A stretch of DNA of 63,922 bases, filler included, from Craspedostauros australis (lineage: Eukaryota), in the NCBI GenBank assembly GCA_030167865.1. It is 9 parts of 9 records of this genome, joined end to end, with 100 filler letters (N's around TTAATTAATTAA, not from the genome) between each part and the next. Parts side by side here need not be neighbours in the genome. Positions count along the whole stretch, not along the records: positions 1 to 28,607 come from JALAGF010002589.1; 8 more parts are not named here. One strand, written 5' to 3'. The translations under genes and the position numbers were made by a program. Shown piece after piece: positions 1 to 13,029 of this stretch. Position 1 is the first letter of the stretch, and each line of letters opens with the position of its first letter. The notes beneath the pieces were generated by a model. That model had not been told where the DNA came from, ran no database searches, and was given only the letters and a program-made list of their open reading frames with translations.

Positions 1-1129
1 AGGAAGAGGAACAAGGACCATGCCTACCATCCTGGTTGACGGCCCATGGCACATCGCACTGCATCACAATACATCACATCACTCGCCGCGCAACAAGAGT
101 TTTGTGTTCACGCCAACGATTCTGTGCGAGCACAAGGTAGAGTCACTCTCCGGAAATTCAAGAATCGCGAGCAAGGCCCAAACGATGGAAGAAAAAGGAA
201 CGTTTTGGGACGAATGACCACTGCGACTCAATTGAAGCGCCAACGAGCACCGTGGCGTCTGTGCGTTATTCACCTAATACGTAGATTNNNNNNNNNNNNN
301 NNNNNNNNNNNNNNNNNNNNNNNTAAGATCTTTGAGGGGTCTAAGGGATTCAATACAAACCTCACATTGAGAGGAAGAGGCTGATGTGGCTAGATACCCG
401 ATCCGTGATGCGCTTCCGACTTGAGCGTAACGTTTTGGCTGCAGCGGGTCATAAATACTCGGATTGTGTGAGTGGCAGTCTTGGTAGGCCGAAATGCTGA
501 GCCGAAATGACGGATAACGGAACGGTTAAACAATACCAACAGATGTCTCAGTGAAGGAATGGATGAATGAGACCTTGGATCCGTGAGCCCTGGAATGGGT
601 CATGTGCCGGAAGCAATCCATCGGAACGTGGAGGCCACGCATGCAGTCTGCATCACAAACATCGTTCCCACACCAGATTCGTTTTATTTTGCAAAATCAG
701 ATCTGAACGACTGAAAAGACAGCGCATCTTCTGCATCAACATCGGCGCAGGTTTCCAAAGAACAGTTGTGTCACTTGTATTGTGCAAGGTATTGTTGAAG
801 AACGTGATTGCTATACTTCACAGAGAGAGCTGTGATTGGTGGGCTTTGAGCTGTCTCTGGACTTGGGGGAAGATGGATGAGGAGCGTGCTGAGCCTATGC
901 CCGAGAGACTCAATGGAATGTTTCTCCCACATCCACACGATGTGCAACATGAACATGTTCAAGGCGAAGGACAGTTCTACATACCTCTGCTGGTGGGTTG
1001 TGGCCTACAGACAGGCCATGAGTTGACTTGAAGTTGGATATTGTACGAGTAGTGTGGTTGTGAATATATGTGTTTGTGTCGCTAGTGTTTATGCGATAGT
1101 ATTCTAACAGCGTGATAGCTGGCTATGCT

Positions 1130-2014
1130 TCAAGCCGCCGCAGCCGCGTGCAATGCGAGATCATCACCGAGAACGGTGGCCGACAGGAAGACGGCCGTCG
1201 TCTGCAGGAAGGTGTTGCCATCGACGTCGAGCATGGACGGGATGACGCTGCCCGTGCTGAGGACGAGATCCCTGGCGACGAGGACGCAATCGCGGGACTT
1301 GTCGAAGCATCCCAACTCGCGGTACAGAACGCCGAGGTTGTGGATGGACAGCACGCGCAGCATCATGGCGTAAGCGGGGTATCCGTTCTGTTGTGGCAAA
1401 CACAGGCATGCCTTTTCGTAAAGCAGTCGGGCCTTCTCCTGGCATTGGCCGATCTCGGTGTCCGTGTAACGTGTGTTGGTCTTCTGCGATTGCATGTGGT
1501 ACCAGAGGGAGATGTTGAAGATGACGCAGGCGCTGAACACCTGCAGGACGTCCAGCCTCAGCGCGTCCACGTCATCCTCGTCTGTGGCGCTGAGGCCTTT
1601 CTGTTGATGTTGGCGCAGCAGATCCGAGTCGAAGGCCAGGACCTTGCGCAGCTGCGTGCTGTGGGTGTTTGGATCGGCAGGCAGGGAGACGACATCGATG
1701 GAGATGGCTGGCAGCTCCTCGTGGCTGGCGGTGGCCATGGCGTTGGCAGCGCTGATGCTGCCATCGCTGTCGCTGGTGACGGCATCGTTGCTGACACCGG
1801 CATCCTGGCTTGGCGTGGATGGTGATGTGGATGGCGATGCCGATGATGATACCGATGGGGAGGAAGAGGCATCGCACATGCCCAGGAGCTCCTGCAGAGT
1901 GACGAGAGATTCCATGAAGTACGTGATGGCTTCCTCGTGGGAGCTCTCGGCCTTCTCCATCATGGAGGCGATGCCGTGGTTGTTCAGTTCGATGGCAGAG
2001 TTGAGGCGGTTCAT
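1130..2014 (-). CDS. Diatom-type TPR-like hypothetical protein with Ala-rich C-terminus (paralog 1, 294 aa)
   Basis: Intronless ATG-to-stop ORF. Motifs AIELNNHG, SACVIFNISL, KARLLYEKA, HNLGVLY and a terminal AAAAA. The same ordered motifs occur in the ORF at 6177-7436. Confidence 0.8.
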   Translation of the reverse strand: MNRLNSAIELNNHGIASMMEKAESSHEEAITYFMESLVTLQELLGMCDASSSPSVSSSASPSTSPSTPSQDAGVSNDAVTSDSDGSISAANAMATASHEELPAISIDVVSLPADPNTHSTQLRKVLAFDSDLLRQHQQKGLSATDEDDVDALRLDVLQVFSACVIFNISLWYHMQSQKTNTRYTDTEIGQCQEKARLLYEKACLCLPQQNGYPAYAMMLRVLSIHNLGVLYRELGCFDKSRDCVLVARDLVLSTGSVIPSMLDVDGNTFLQTTAVFLSATVLGDDLALHAAAAA

Positions 2015-5000
2015 GGTTGCGATTTAATATAATTGCTATTTGGATTGATGTGAGGATTGCTGTTGTGATTGATAGCGTGATCGTTGTGAGGCGATGTTTG
2101 ATGATCAGCAACTAATTTTTATGAGGATTCTGGTTACATTTTCGATGTGTTTGGATCAGCATGATGCCTGCAACGACAAACACAAAGACAAAGACAACAA
2201 CGAAGACAAACACAACAACGAAGACAAACACAAAGGCAACCCAAACAGAGGTGAAAGCACAAACAGAAGGAAGAGCAGGACATGGATGAATCGGTGAATT
2301 GACAGAGCGCGTCCACCACATTTGTCCGTGTACAGCCGTGAGCACTGGTAGGATGCGGGGTTGTTCTGTTTCGCTTTGTCCCTCTTGTGCGTACTTCATC
2401 TGCGCTCACGGCACTTTGTACCATGCTTTACATAGCAACCACGCGCTTGTGCGGGTTCTGTTGCTGGTACTCGTACTCGTACACCTCCGTATACCAACTT
2501 CCGACATTGTCCGCCACACGCCCAATGCGATTGGTGCGAACTGAGGGTACGAGCATCTCCGCGTCGCGATCGTGCGCGGCACGCGCATTGGATCGCCTTC
2601 ACGGACTTGCACGCACGACCGCGTCTTCCTATTTTGCGGACTCTGTTCCCTTCGCGCGGTTGCCTGGCGGTTGCGCTGGTTGATCTTCAAACTGGCACAT
2701 AGGGAGGCCACGGAGAAGCAGATCGGATCACCTGCGCCCGCTTTCTGCTTGACCGTCGGTTTCGCACGAGGCCTTGCACACGTTTCAGACACGAACCTCG
2801 CTCGACGCCTTGATCGTTGCACAAAGGCCCTCAACAACACTGTTCTCGAGAATCAAAAAAGGCCGATGACATTTTATCCAACAATGTCAACGTTAATCAC
2901 CATGGAATACAATAGACACCAGGATAGACGGGTACTTATTCCTAGTGACTGAAGGCGCATCACAAAATAAGTGATCCATGTTGAACAATTACTCGGCATC
3001 GATCCCAAGATTTCGCTCCCCGCGCACATGCATCACACCTTGTGACGCATGTTGTTAAGCAACAATTGACTGTGTATCAGATTTGCGGTGACACGCACCA
3101 GTCCCTGTTCGTGGCAGAAAAGCCCGCAGTTGACAAAACAACTTCGAATCGGAATCTGGGAGGCACGCTGGAAAAAGATTCATCCGGATCGGAACTTTCG
3201 CAGTGATGCGACGCGATGGGGAATGAGAAATTTGAATCTTATCCATGACTTGAATCACCGAACGGGTTGTGGCACAAAACGCAAACGCGCAGGTAGATCT
3301 CCTTCAGGCAGGTCATCAGCAACTTCGTCGTCTTTCACATCCGCCACGAACATCACGAGCAGACCGCAATGCATTGCTCATCCTCCTGATTGTATTCTCC
3401 GAGAGTCATGGAAAAGGCTCTGCGTTGTGACTGTTCGTGGAGAAGCGCCAAGAGTAACAATTAGGGCCGATACAGAAGTAACTGAAGTTGCCTGGTGACG
3501 AAGAACGACAACTGCCTCGTACCTTGTATTAGTGAGGCCTTGGCCTTAGATTCATCCATGTAATACCATGATGGCAAACGCGTCACATCACCAGACACTT
3601 GATTGCAATTGCAGCTGCGGATGCATCCGTGATGCAAGCACGCGAATGAATGAGTGGCGCAGGGAAGGCGAAGATGTGAATCAGCAAACCCATCACGTCG
3701 AGGGAGGCGGATGATCAACTGCCAGAACCTGCAGATGCATCAGGATTCATCGGATTCAGCGAGATTTACCGACATCTGAATCACGTCCACAGGCCAATCA
3801 TTCTCAGACGATCGGTTGCTCTCTTGCCTGTGTTCACATCACAATCCTCGTAGAGTACGCTCCGTGATCGGGGCAAGAGGTGCGGAGGAGCGATATACAC
3901 TTCGGACAAAGTGATGCAGTGATCATGTGCATGCGTGTGCATGATATATGCATCGATTCATCCGTCCGGACATCGACGGATACATTCGCTTCTTACTCTA
4001 CCTTTCTTGAAACGCTCTTGCCATACACACTCGCACATCGTCGCATTCTTGTGGTCCGCAGATGACATGATGAACGACCAACCACGACCAAGAGAGGCCA
4101 CCAACACCAGACAAAGGATCCGCGGGTGGAGTATCTCCACATGTTTCGATCTTTGCGTGCGGTACTCATCATTGTGGCATGTGGCATGTGTGTTGTGGTA
4201 TGTGGGACACCTACGAGCTACTTTATATAGCCAAACGTATTGCCGCAGTGTCGCTCTGTGCGAAAGTGCTACTCGTGCACTTCTTACTTTGCTGCCGAGT
4301 TCGCTGTTGTTGTGGTCGTGATCCGCCCAAGGTTGTCCCGAGGCGATCTTGTGTGGTGGTGTGAGCGGAAGAACAGCGAGAAAGCGACCGCCGCTTCACA
4401 AACTCCGATGGCGAACCCTGTCACTGTTCGTGCTCTCCCTCCCTATCTCTCCCAGCTTCCAGCAGTATGCACACTTACACAGAAGCTGCATCCATGTTGG
4501 CACGTCCCTGCTGCTCACAATTCATGAGCACTTCATCCATCCCTTGACACCAGTGCTCTCTTTGCACATCGTGGAGGAGAACTTGACCCCTCCTGGAATC
4601 ATGTGACATCACACGGCACCACAAGATGCCACCACATTCATCTTCCTTGATGTCATCCCCAAAATGCCGCACCACAATTCTTCGAAATCATGGTTCGCAA
4701 ACGTCGCTGTTCTCAGCCCTGCCGTTTCTGCGCACATAGCTCACAGAGCATTTTGCGTTGGGTGATGAGTGATTCTCGGCACTTTGCATCACCTCATCGG
4801 CGTGTTCACACACAACTCCCGTTTCCGCGACGCAATTTGTCATGCGGCACTCCTTCGCTTTTCGATGAGCCGATGCACTGCGCTGGCCTCCGCCACCACC
4901 AACATTATGACATCATGCGAATTGTTTCTCTTGCAGAGTACACCCAGTGCCATAGGTCGTTTCTCACCAAGCTTCCGCGGAAGTGTGTTGGTGTTCTCTG

Positions 5001-6176
5001 TTCCGAAATGGCAACATGGATCCCCCCTGCGGTTCGTTGCGTGTTGGTTCGCGCCGGGCCGTGACATCTGAGTACGTTTGTGTCCTCGGTTCCATGGGGA
5101 ACCATTTGTGCGTGGTGACTCTCAGATCGCAACCGGTAACAGGCTGGATGATTGGCTCGACAGAGTGCGATGGGGGAACGGCACTTCCAGACTTCTCCGA
5201 AAGTCTCTGATCCCTTTCCTCCTCGTCATTCTTGGAAGCTGGTTGTTCTCAAAGATACAGAGCAGCAGAGCAGCAATCGTCATTTCCATTGATGGCGTCG
5301 TCCACGCCACCAGAGACCGCCCTCCGATGTCCCGAGAACTGCGCACTCCTCAAGCCCATCTGCCAGACCCAATTGCTTCCGCAACGGCACCAGGTAGTTT
5401 CATCCCCGCTGTTCCGGTATCAGTTATTGTTACACTCCAACCAGCTCACAGGAGTGGTGAATGGGAGAGGAAGTACGAGTATCGTGTGGCATGGGTGTGG
5501 TGACATTCCCCACAGTTACGACTATGTATGGTATGTCTCCGATGCACTTGCTCGCATGTCTGATCGTATTCTTCATCGTGCGTCTGTTCCTGTTGATCCA
5601 CCTGTGGCCTCTGTCCCACCTTCGCTACACCCCATCACACACATACGCACACACACTCACTCTCTGTCTCTCTTCCTGTCCTTGATCCTCCTTTTCTTCA
5701 GCCGGACAGTCCGTGGCATCCACATCCAGTCTGCACTTTGCTACAGAGTGATGTCGATTTGGGCGCGCAACCATCCCACAGACGGCAGAGGCGCACACAC
5801 TCGTGCCATACGTCCCCAAAGACAGGACGGCCCAGAATGTCCAACAACTGGTCATCACTACGCGTCCTGGACAAACCGACATGTCGCAATCACGAATTCT
5901 GTTACTGTTACTGCTACTTTGTCGACGAGACTGCTGTCTCTGCTGATACAATGATAGTGCCGGACAGAGGGTACAACGCTATCCCTCACACTGTCGCCAG
6001 CAGTCTGCGCCATCACGCATTCATGTCTCCACCGCTTGTGGTCCGTGGACCGTGGGTCCCTTAGGCGGAGAATGGGAATGTCAAAATCGATTGGGAGAAC
6101 GGAGTAAAGGGCCTGCATCACGGCCTTTGGGGAGGCTGCGCCGTACTTGCATGCGACGCCATCTGGCGAAGAAAAG

Positions 6177-7436
6177 TCAGGCAGCTGGTGCTGCGGCGTC
6201 GTCTACAGGCATGCAGGTAGCGCAAAGGAGGAGACCGATGAAGACCAGGTAAGTCGCCCACTGTATCATCGTCCCGGGCTCTCGACCGAAATGCTCGCTC
6301 ACACCTGGATCGGCTGACACCACAAGATTGCGCAGTGTGTGGAAGCAGCGCACAGCGGGTTCGAACCGTTGCGACGCTTGTAGCGTCACTCCAAGGCCGT
6401 AGTTGGCGATAATGCCAAGGACGGCCTTCTCCGTTCGGTGCCTGCCGTCTGAAACTCCCACGCATGCCAGAACTTTCTCATACAGAACGTGGGCCTTGTG
6501 CAATGTGGACTGGCGTGTGCGCGCTGTGGGACTGAGACTGCGATTGCTGCCGCGACCATCCTTCGGGTCCATCTGCTGCCAAATGCTAGTCTCGCTAGGT
6601 ATGCTAATTCCCAGCAGACGAAAACTGGTGGCCATGTTAAGGATGACGGCGGAGCACACCATTGAACACAGCTCGTTGTCAATGCGTTCCGGTACAGGCC
6701 CTGCCTCGCCGCTCCTCCTGCTCGCACATCTCTCCAATAGAACGGCCTGGCTGAGTCTGGCGGAGGGTCCCAGCAATTGGTCGTTTTCCGGAGGAGGTTC
6801 CGCTCTGGCGGTGACCAAGTCATTGCTGGGGATGTTGCTGAAGGCTTGCTGCATATTGTTGTTGTTGTTGCTGCCGCTGCCGATTCTTAACTGCGATGAC
6901 CCATCATCTATCGTGCACAGCGATTGCAGCCTGATGTGTACGAGCGGCACATGCCTCGGGCAGTTTTGGCGCTGCTGCCTGTTTGGATGGTGCGCGGAAG
7001 GTGGATCTTCCTTTGTACCTGCGCAGTTGCTGCTGCTCTTGGCCTCGCGCACATCGCTAGATTCCAGATGCGCAAGCGTTGGATGACGAAGGATGGCACC
7101 AACAGTCTGCAACGACTGCTTGAACAGTGCCATGGCCGGTGCCAACGACGACTGCGGCCTCCCCCCGATCGCTGTGGCTGTGACTGTGATTGATTGCTCT
7201 CCATTTGAGATACTCATCTGCGTTTCGGATAACGAGGTCGAATCATTGGTGGGCTCTCCTCTCCTGTTGCCGTCATTGCCACCGTTGCTTTCGGCGGTGC
7301 TTCCCGTGGCAGCGGCAGTGACAGTGGCACTGTTTGATCGTCGTTGGGCCAATAGCGATCGAAGCTCATGAACGCCAGCGTTGTTCAGTTCGATGGCCTG
7401 GTCCAGCATTGCCATGCATTCCATTGGGTTAGTCAT
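6177..7436 (-). CDS. Diatom-type TPR-like hypothetical protein with Ala-rich C-terminus (paralog 2, ~419 aa)
   Basis: Likely start MTNPM at 7436, in frame with the 6177-7748 ORF. Motifs AIELNNAG, SAVILNMAT, KAHVLYEKV, YGLGVTL and a terminal AAAPAA are collinear with paralog 1. Confidence 0.75.
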   Translation of the reverse strand: MTNPMECMAMLDQAIELNNAGVHELRSLLAQRRSNSATVTAAATGSTAESNGGNDGNRRGEPTNDSTSLSETQMSISNGEQSITVTATAIGGRPQSSLAPAMALFKQSLQTVGAILRHPTLAHLESSDVREAKSSSNCAGTKEDPPSAHHPNRQQRQNCPRHVPLVHIRLQSLCTIDDGSSQLRIGSGSNNNNNMQQAFSNIPSNDLVTARAEPPPENDQLLGPSARLSQAVLLERCASRRSGEAGPVPERIDNELCSMVCSAVILNMATSFRLLGISIPSETSIWQQMDPKDGRGSNRSLSPTARTRQSTLHKAHVLYEKVLACVGVSDGRHRTEKAVLGIIANYGLGVTLQASQRFEPAVRCFHTLRNLVVSADPGVSEHFGREPGTMIQWATYLVFIGLLLCATCMPVDDAAAPAA

Positions 7437-9535
7437 CGTTTGGTTATGTTTGTACTTGTGCTCTTGCTTTCGATTGTGATTGTGATCGCCTCTATGACTT
7501 CGTGCCGCTATGCCAATGCTCCTGCTCCACACTTGCTTCTTTCTTTGCGATTCGTTTGTTGCGCGATGGTGGGGACGGCAACCTCTCTCGCGATCTGAAT
7601 GGTGGAGATGCGCCATTGCTGTTCTCTGGCTACATGCACGAGCTTCGCAGTGCAGGGGGTTGTATTGCGTGGTCGCCTTGAAGGCAAGGAACAGATGCGA
7701 GGAGGGTGCAGCGGGTTGGGGCGACACGTACTGTATCCAGTCAACCAAGTGCAGTTGTTCATGATGACGAATGCACGGACGCGCACAAGAATCTCCACAA
7801 AGCAGATGGCGGTTTTTGCATAAACCAAGGTGACGATAAGTGCAGTTGAACCAGGGACATCAACTGCGACATGCATTTCGTTCTGGCAGCGCCTCTGCCG
7901 GTTGTTCCAGTGTATTGGCGCCACGTTTGTTGGTGATTGGGCCTGTAGGCCAAGGCATGGTCCTATATTTGTTATTTAGGGTACTTCTTGGTTTACACCA
8001 TGCTTCTACACACATTCTAATGAGTCATTGAAGATATATTAGATTAATAATATTTTACCGCAATCACATAACTCGTGACGTCGCATCTTTGTGACTGGCG
8101 CTGCGGAGAACAAATTCGTAACACGTCAGATCCTCATTGGCGTTTGGCATGTTTCGATTTGGATACCCCCATTCCACCAACTCTTCTTCGGGAATCGTCG
8201 CCAAACAGCCTATCCCCATCTTGAACGAGGGGCAGGCATTCGACAAACTGGCGAGCAGAGTTCATGGAATATGCAGCTGTTGCCACACAGACCGCCGTTC
8301 CTATCCTCCACAAGCATAATATAGTGGTACCGTAGGCGGGTCGACTCACTCGGGAGGGGTTTAACCTTTTTGCTCCGAGAGCGACATGGCTGCCTCACCA
8401 TTCCGTTGGAGCAGCATGAGAGTGTCCAGTTGCACCAAGGAGGCACTATACGAAGGATCGGAAAGGGCACTGAGTTGCGTGGAAGAGGGGAACAGCAGTC
8501 CGTGATTTTCTGCAATGACCATCGATCTCTTCTCAGGGTGCGAAGAGGGTGTTCCATCCGCATCTTGTGCTGTGGCAACTGGTTCCCCGTTCGCCCACCT
8601 CTCATCCGATCGAGTGCTCTCCTTCTCCATCGGTCATCGTACAAAAAGGCAACAGCCGCATCATGGAACCAGCCTTCTCTGTGCGCGTAGGTTGCATAGT
8701 ATGCGTGGCACGGACATTCTCGAAGCACCACTGACGAATCCGGTATTGAGGGAACGTGACAGGAGGCACCAACCGGCAGATCTCTCTCCTCCCTTCTGCT
8801 CCGGCTTGCGGACCATAGTGCATGGGCAGCAGGTGGCGTGGGAGCGGAGCGGAGCAGCAGGCGGCGCACGAGTGCTGCAGAGCGCACGAGAAGTCCAGCG
8901 TTCGCAGCTGCATCCAAACAAAGCACAGAGGTGCGTTCTAGTAGCGCATGAATGTACCACGCTGCACTGCACTGCACTGCCAGGGTGGATGGTTGGTTGC
9001 AGTTGCGTTGATGATTGCTTTGGGGAACAATTATTTGGCCAGGAATCTCGCATGTACAGGAGTCTCCACAACCTCTGATCCACTCCGCAATCATCGAAGA
9101 AATGAGCACCTCAGAATAGTATCGACTCGTGCTGCTGCATCGGCATCTTGATCTGCAACCAGGTAAAAGCAAGCGGCTCGATCATCGAATGCTCCACAGA
9201 TGACTGCCGTTCGCAATACTTGTATACTCCAAGATCTGCATGCAATTGATTGTTGCACTAGTATGCACTCGTATGATGTATTATTTGTGTATTGCTTTCT
9301 ATTCATGAAATGCTGTCGAGTGCTGCCATGCCTATCCACCTCTCGCCAACTCATCGATTGCGTCGCATGCTTCAACAGATGCGCGGCAGGCGTTGTGATG
9401 CTGAATTACGTGGCACGGCATCGACCTGTAGTTGTAGTGTATTGCAATGCATTGTCTTGGATCGCATCACACGGCGTGGCACCACACCACACCGCGATGC
9501 ATTGCATTGCAGTGCTCTATGTTTGTTCTCTCCCT

Positions 9536-12500
9536 TTAGGCCGCTCGGCGCTCTCTCACTGTGGTCACTTTCCTGCTTGCTCCGAGCACCAGGTAGACGT
9601 AGAACGCTTTGTACATCAGCGTGATCAACGCCAGAACCAGCAAGTCTACCACGAACGTGTCCTCCTCCTTGACCAACGGAAAGACGTCATGGATTGCTTC
9701 AAATGCCTCAGTAGAATCGACGCCAGCCTCCGTATCCCAGTCCAATCGGACGAAGACGGCGTGTGTCACCGAGCGCGTGTAGTACGAAAACGGCATGACG
9801 TAATACAGTGCCTTGTGCGGCCAGTGCAAGTCTTCCTCGTTGATGAGGAATCCGCCGAACAGGAAACTCCCGAACCAGAAGCTCATGAAGCCCAGCATGC
9901 CCAGGATGGGATTGGTGAATGCCACCGACAAGACCTCCGCAAGGCTTTCGAATAGCGCCATGATGACGAAGAAGAAAGCGAAGACGGGAGGGAATGCCGA
10001 CCATGGGACGCCTTGGATCACGAATGCCGGCAGGATCAACGCGAAGAGAGCGAAAATGACGAGCACCGGCACGACCAGGAGAGACTTGGCGATGATGTAG
10101 GCCAACGGATGCATCATTCCATTCTGGATCTCTCTCTGAACCGACTTGAACTCGTCGTTCAGCGCGTACACGGCCACGACGCCCACTGTGTCATATTCAA
10201 AAGGGCGTCGGGAGGTCATCAGCAGCGGTAGTGGATGGTGGGAACCAGACAGTGTTGGAATTGGGTGAGCAAGAGGAAGGAGGTACGCCATTGCACTAAC
10301 TGGGAGCTCCGTATGTCACAGCGCATCCAACCACACCACATCTCATGTCATCTCCCTCAATACATCCGTCAAATTCGATAATGATCGCGCATATCGTTGC
10401 AATGTCACTTACTGTTGCATGGGACGGCCGAAAACCACAGCTGAAGCCAGAACTTGGCAAAGATCTGATCCAATACATTCTCACGGGCGTTCCAGTACAC
10501 CAAAGCGAAGACCGTGTTGGACGACAGGAAGACGACGCAGCGACCAATGTAGCAGATGGGGTCCCTCGTCATCAGGGCGAACTGACGACGGAACATGATC
10601 GCCGTTTGTTGCGACAGCGTGAGGTTGTTGTAGGAGATGGCCGTTGCAGGGTGGGATGGCGCCGGCACTGCAGCAGCTCCGCCGCTTTCATTCTCCGCGG
10701 ACAGATGCGACGAGTTGACGTTGGCGTTGGCGTTGGCAAGCGTGTTGTAGAACTCATCGTCGAGGACGGATTTCCCCTTCAGGCTCTTCTTGGCCTTCAG
10801 ATCGACTCCGATCAGCGCGCCCTTCTCCTGCGACCATTCGTAAAGGATGGACCGAACTTGGCGCTTGCCCGAGAAGTCACTGTTGATCAAATCCAAGAAG
10901 TGCTCCGCCGGGTTGGTGGCCTGAGGCAGTGGGTATCCGATGGATTCAAAGTAGGGGACCGTATCTTGGACGTTGCCGGTGAAGGCCTCCCGTCCGTGGC
11001 TCAGCAACATGAGCTGATCGAAGCTGTTGTACACCTTGGTGGATGGCTGGTGGATCGTGCAGAGAATGATGACACGCTCCTCCTTGGCAACCTTGACGAT
11101 CTCTGCCATGATGCTTGAGGAGGATGCTGCATCTAATCCAGACGTTGGCTGCGCGTGAAGTGAGATGAGATGGGATGCGGAGGTAACATGGAATGCGTGT
11201 ATCATAAATGAATGAGTGCGTACAATTGGAGGAAGTATAAATGGACGAATGGACGCAACGAGAATATAATGTGATGAGGAATGCGTGAGGTACTTGTTCG
11301 GGGATGCAAATGGGAGGTACCGTCGTTGGCGCACCAGGGTTGTGGAGGCTCTCCCACGAGGTCACTCAGCGCAGAGTGGCGTGGAGGAGAGCAGAACACA
11401 CAGCAAACACGCAGCAGAGCCGAACGGAGCAGGATACTCCACAGTCCAAGGAACTCACCTCATCCAAGAACATGACGGAAGGACGCTTGAGCAAGCCGAT
11501 GGCAAGACTGAGACGCCGTTGCTGACCACCCGACAGACGCGAGCACCGCGTGTTCGCGCATCGTGCCAGACCCATCTTCTCAATCATCTTGGTGACGGCC
11601 AGGGGATCGTCGTTGTTGTAGAGCTGCGCCGCGTACGCCAAGGCCTCCTGCGCCGTGAAGTAGGGCCAGTGCTTGTCGGACTGCTTCACGACGTAGCAGT
11701 GCTTGCGGAACAGATCCACGGTGAGGGGCTCGCCGTTGAGCGCGATCTTGCCGTAGGCCGTGCCGCCGCTGAGGATGGAGTCCATGGTGAGGACGGAGAT
11801 GAGGGTGGTCTTGCCGGCCCCGGATGGTCCCATGATCGCCATGACGTGGCCGTCCGTCATGTCGCAGGAGATGTCGGACAGGATGTGCTTATAGGTGGTC
11901 GTTGGCTGCTCTGATCCTTCGGTGGGAAAAGCGCCGGATGCGAAGCGGAAGCCATTGTTGACTTTGACGACGTACTCGATGTTCTCGAAGGAAAGCACTG
12001 TGGGTGGTTTTGGCTTGCCATTGTAATTGGAAGCAGTGCTGAGCCGCAGCAGGTGTGGATCCGCACCATCCTTCTCCACGTCCTTCTCCGAGTGGGTTGG
12101 GCTCGAAGTCGGAGCAGCCCTGGGAATATCTCCCTGGTCGATCTCCACCCTGGCAGCTCGGAAGACGGGAACCTTGGATTCCGGAGGGCTGGTTGCGTCC
12201 TGGTTGGCCGCCTGCTGCTGCACGTCGTGCTTGTTGAGGTTGGCGACACCAGTAGCGACAGTTTCTGTCGATTCTGCAACTTCGGCTGCATCACGCAACC
12301 GTTCCAAGTGCTGCTGTCTTGCGGTGTTGGATGCCGAACGGCGCGAAGAGTTGGAGGACGACGCGGATGCGGTCGAGTGTGATCGCATTGGCGCCTCCGT
12401 AACCATCGTCGTCGTCGGCGGTGGTTGCAGTGATAGGCTGGTCTTGGGAGGGATGACTTCGCACGTGACAGCACTGTTGTTGGAGCGGACATCTCCCTCC

Positions 12501-12835
12501 TCTGCGAATGTCAAAGACTTGGTTGACCCCGCCGAAGTTGAAGCCTCGATTTGCTGATCCTTGTTGTCGTCAGGATGCTGTGATTGTTTGCTCCCATCCT
12601 CCACACGGATGGCACCATGCAGGAGCGTGCGGCAGCGGCCATCCTCGATGTCACCGGATGTAGCGACCACAGCGGCACCGTCCTCAAGAACCTCGATGCC
12701 TTCATCGTTGGACGGCATGTCATCATCGTCCTGGCGCAGGAAGTCAGCAACGTGCGTCGCAACCGATTCGATGTTTTGCAACGCGTCGCCGCTGCTCTCA
12801 TCGAACTTGTTGAGGAGGTCCGTGATGTGTGACAT
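9536..12835 (-). CDS. ABCG-family half ABC transporter (NBD-TMD), 3 exons, ~920 aa
   Basis: Exons 12835-11459, 11148-10413 and 10185-9536 with phase-compatible GT-AG introns. Walker A GPSGAGKT, signature LSGGQ, Walker B FLDE|PTSGLD split by intron 1, H-loop CTIHQP, then a hydrophobic ABC2-type membrane domain. Long low-complexity N-terminal extension. Confidence 0.92.
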
Positions 12836-12926
12836 GGTGGTGGTGATGGAGTAGTGTGAACGCAGTTGGATGGTTGGGACGTTCTGCTGCGAATGTTGCT
12901 GTTGCCGATTGGATTCCTTTCGTTTT

Positions 12927-13029
12927 TGTGAGGACTCTGATGTGAGGACTCTGATGTGAGGACTCCGATGTGAGGACTCCAATGTGAAGAGTGGTGTGAA
13001 GAGTGGTGTGAAGAGTGGTGTGAAGAGTG
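12927..13029. repeat. Two adjacent short tandem arrays: ~(TGTGAGGACTCYGA)x4 followed by ~(TGTGAAGAGTGG)x4
   Basis: Read directly. They lie about 90-190 nt upstream of the ABCG start codon. Confidence 0.85.

Noticed and set aside
2100..6100. Many 60-240 aa ORFs (likewise 324-1031, 20650-24800, 45300-47180 and 61360-62230)
   Set aside because: They have no family motifs and a composition typical of non-coding DNA. Small or degenerate genes cannot be excluded without RNA-seq.
7437..7748. N-terminal extensions in the ORF track (also 12836-12982, 29944-30027 and 50111-50218)
   Set aside because: They translate UTR-like low-complexity or repeat sequence, and downstream ATGs fit the recognisable protein starts better.
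8064..9172. Possible gene between paralog 2 and the ABCG gene
   Set aside because: The overlapping ORFs have no recognisable motifs, and the splice join I tested between 8361-8630 and 8064-8246 is phase-incompatible.
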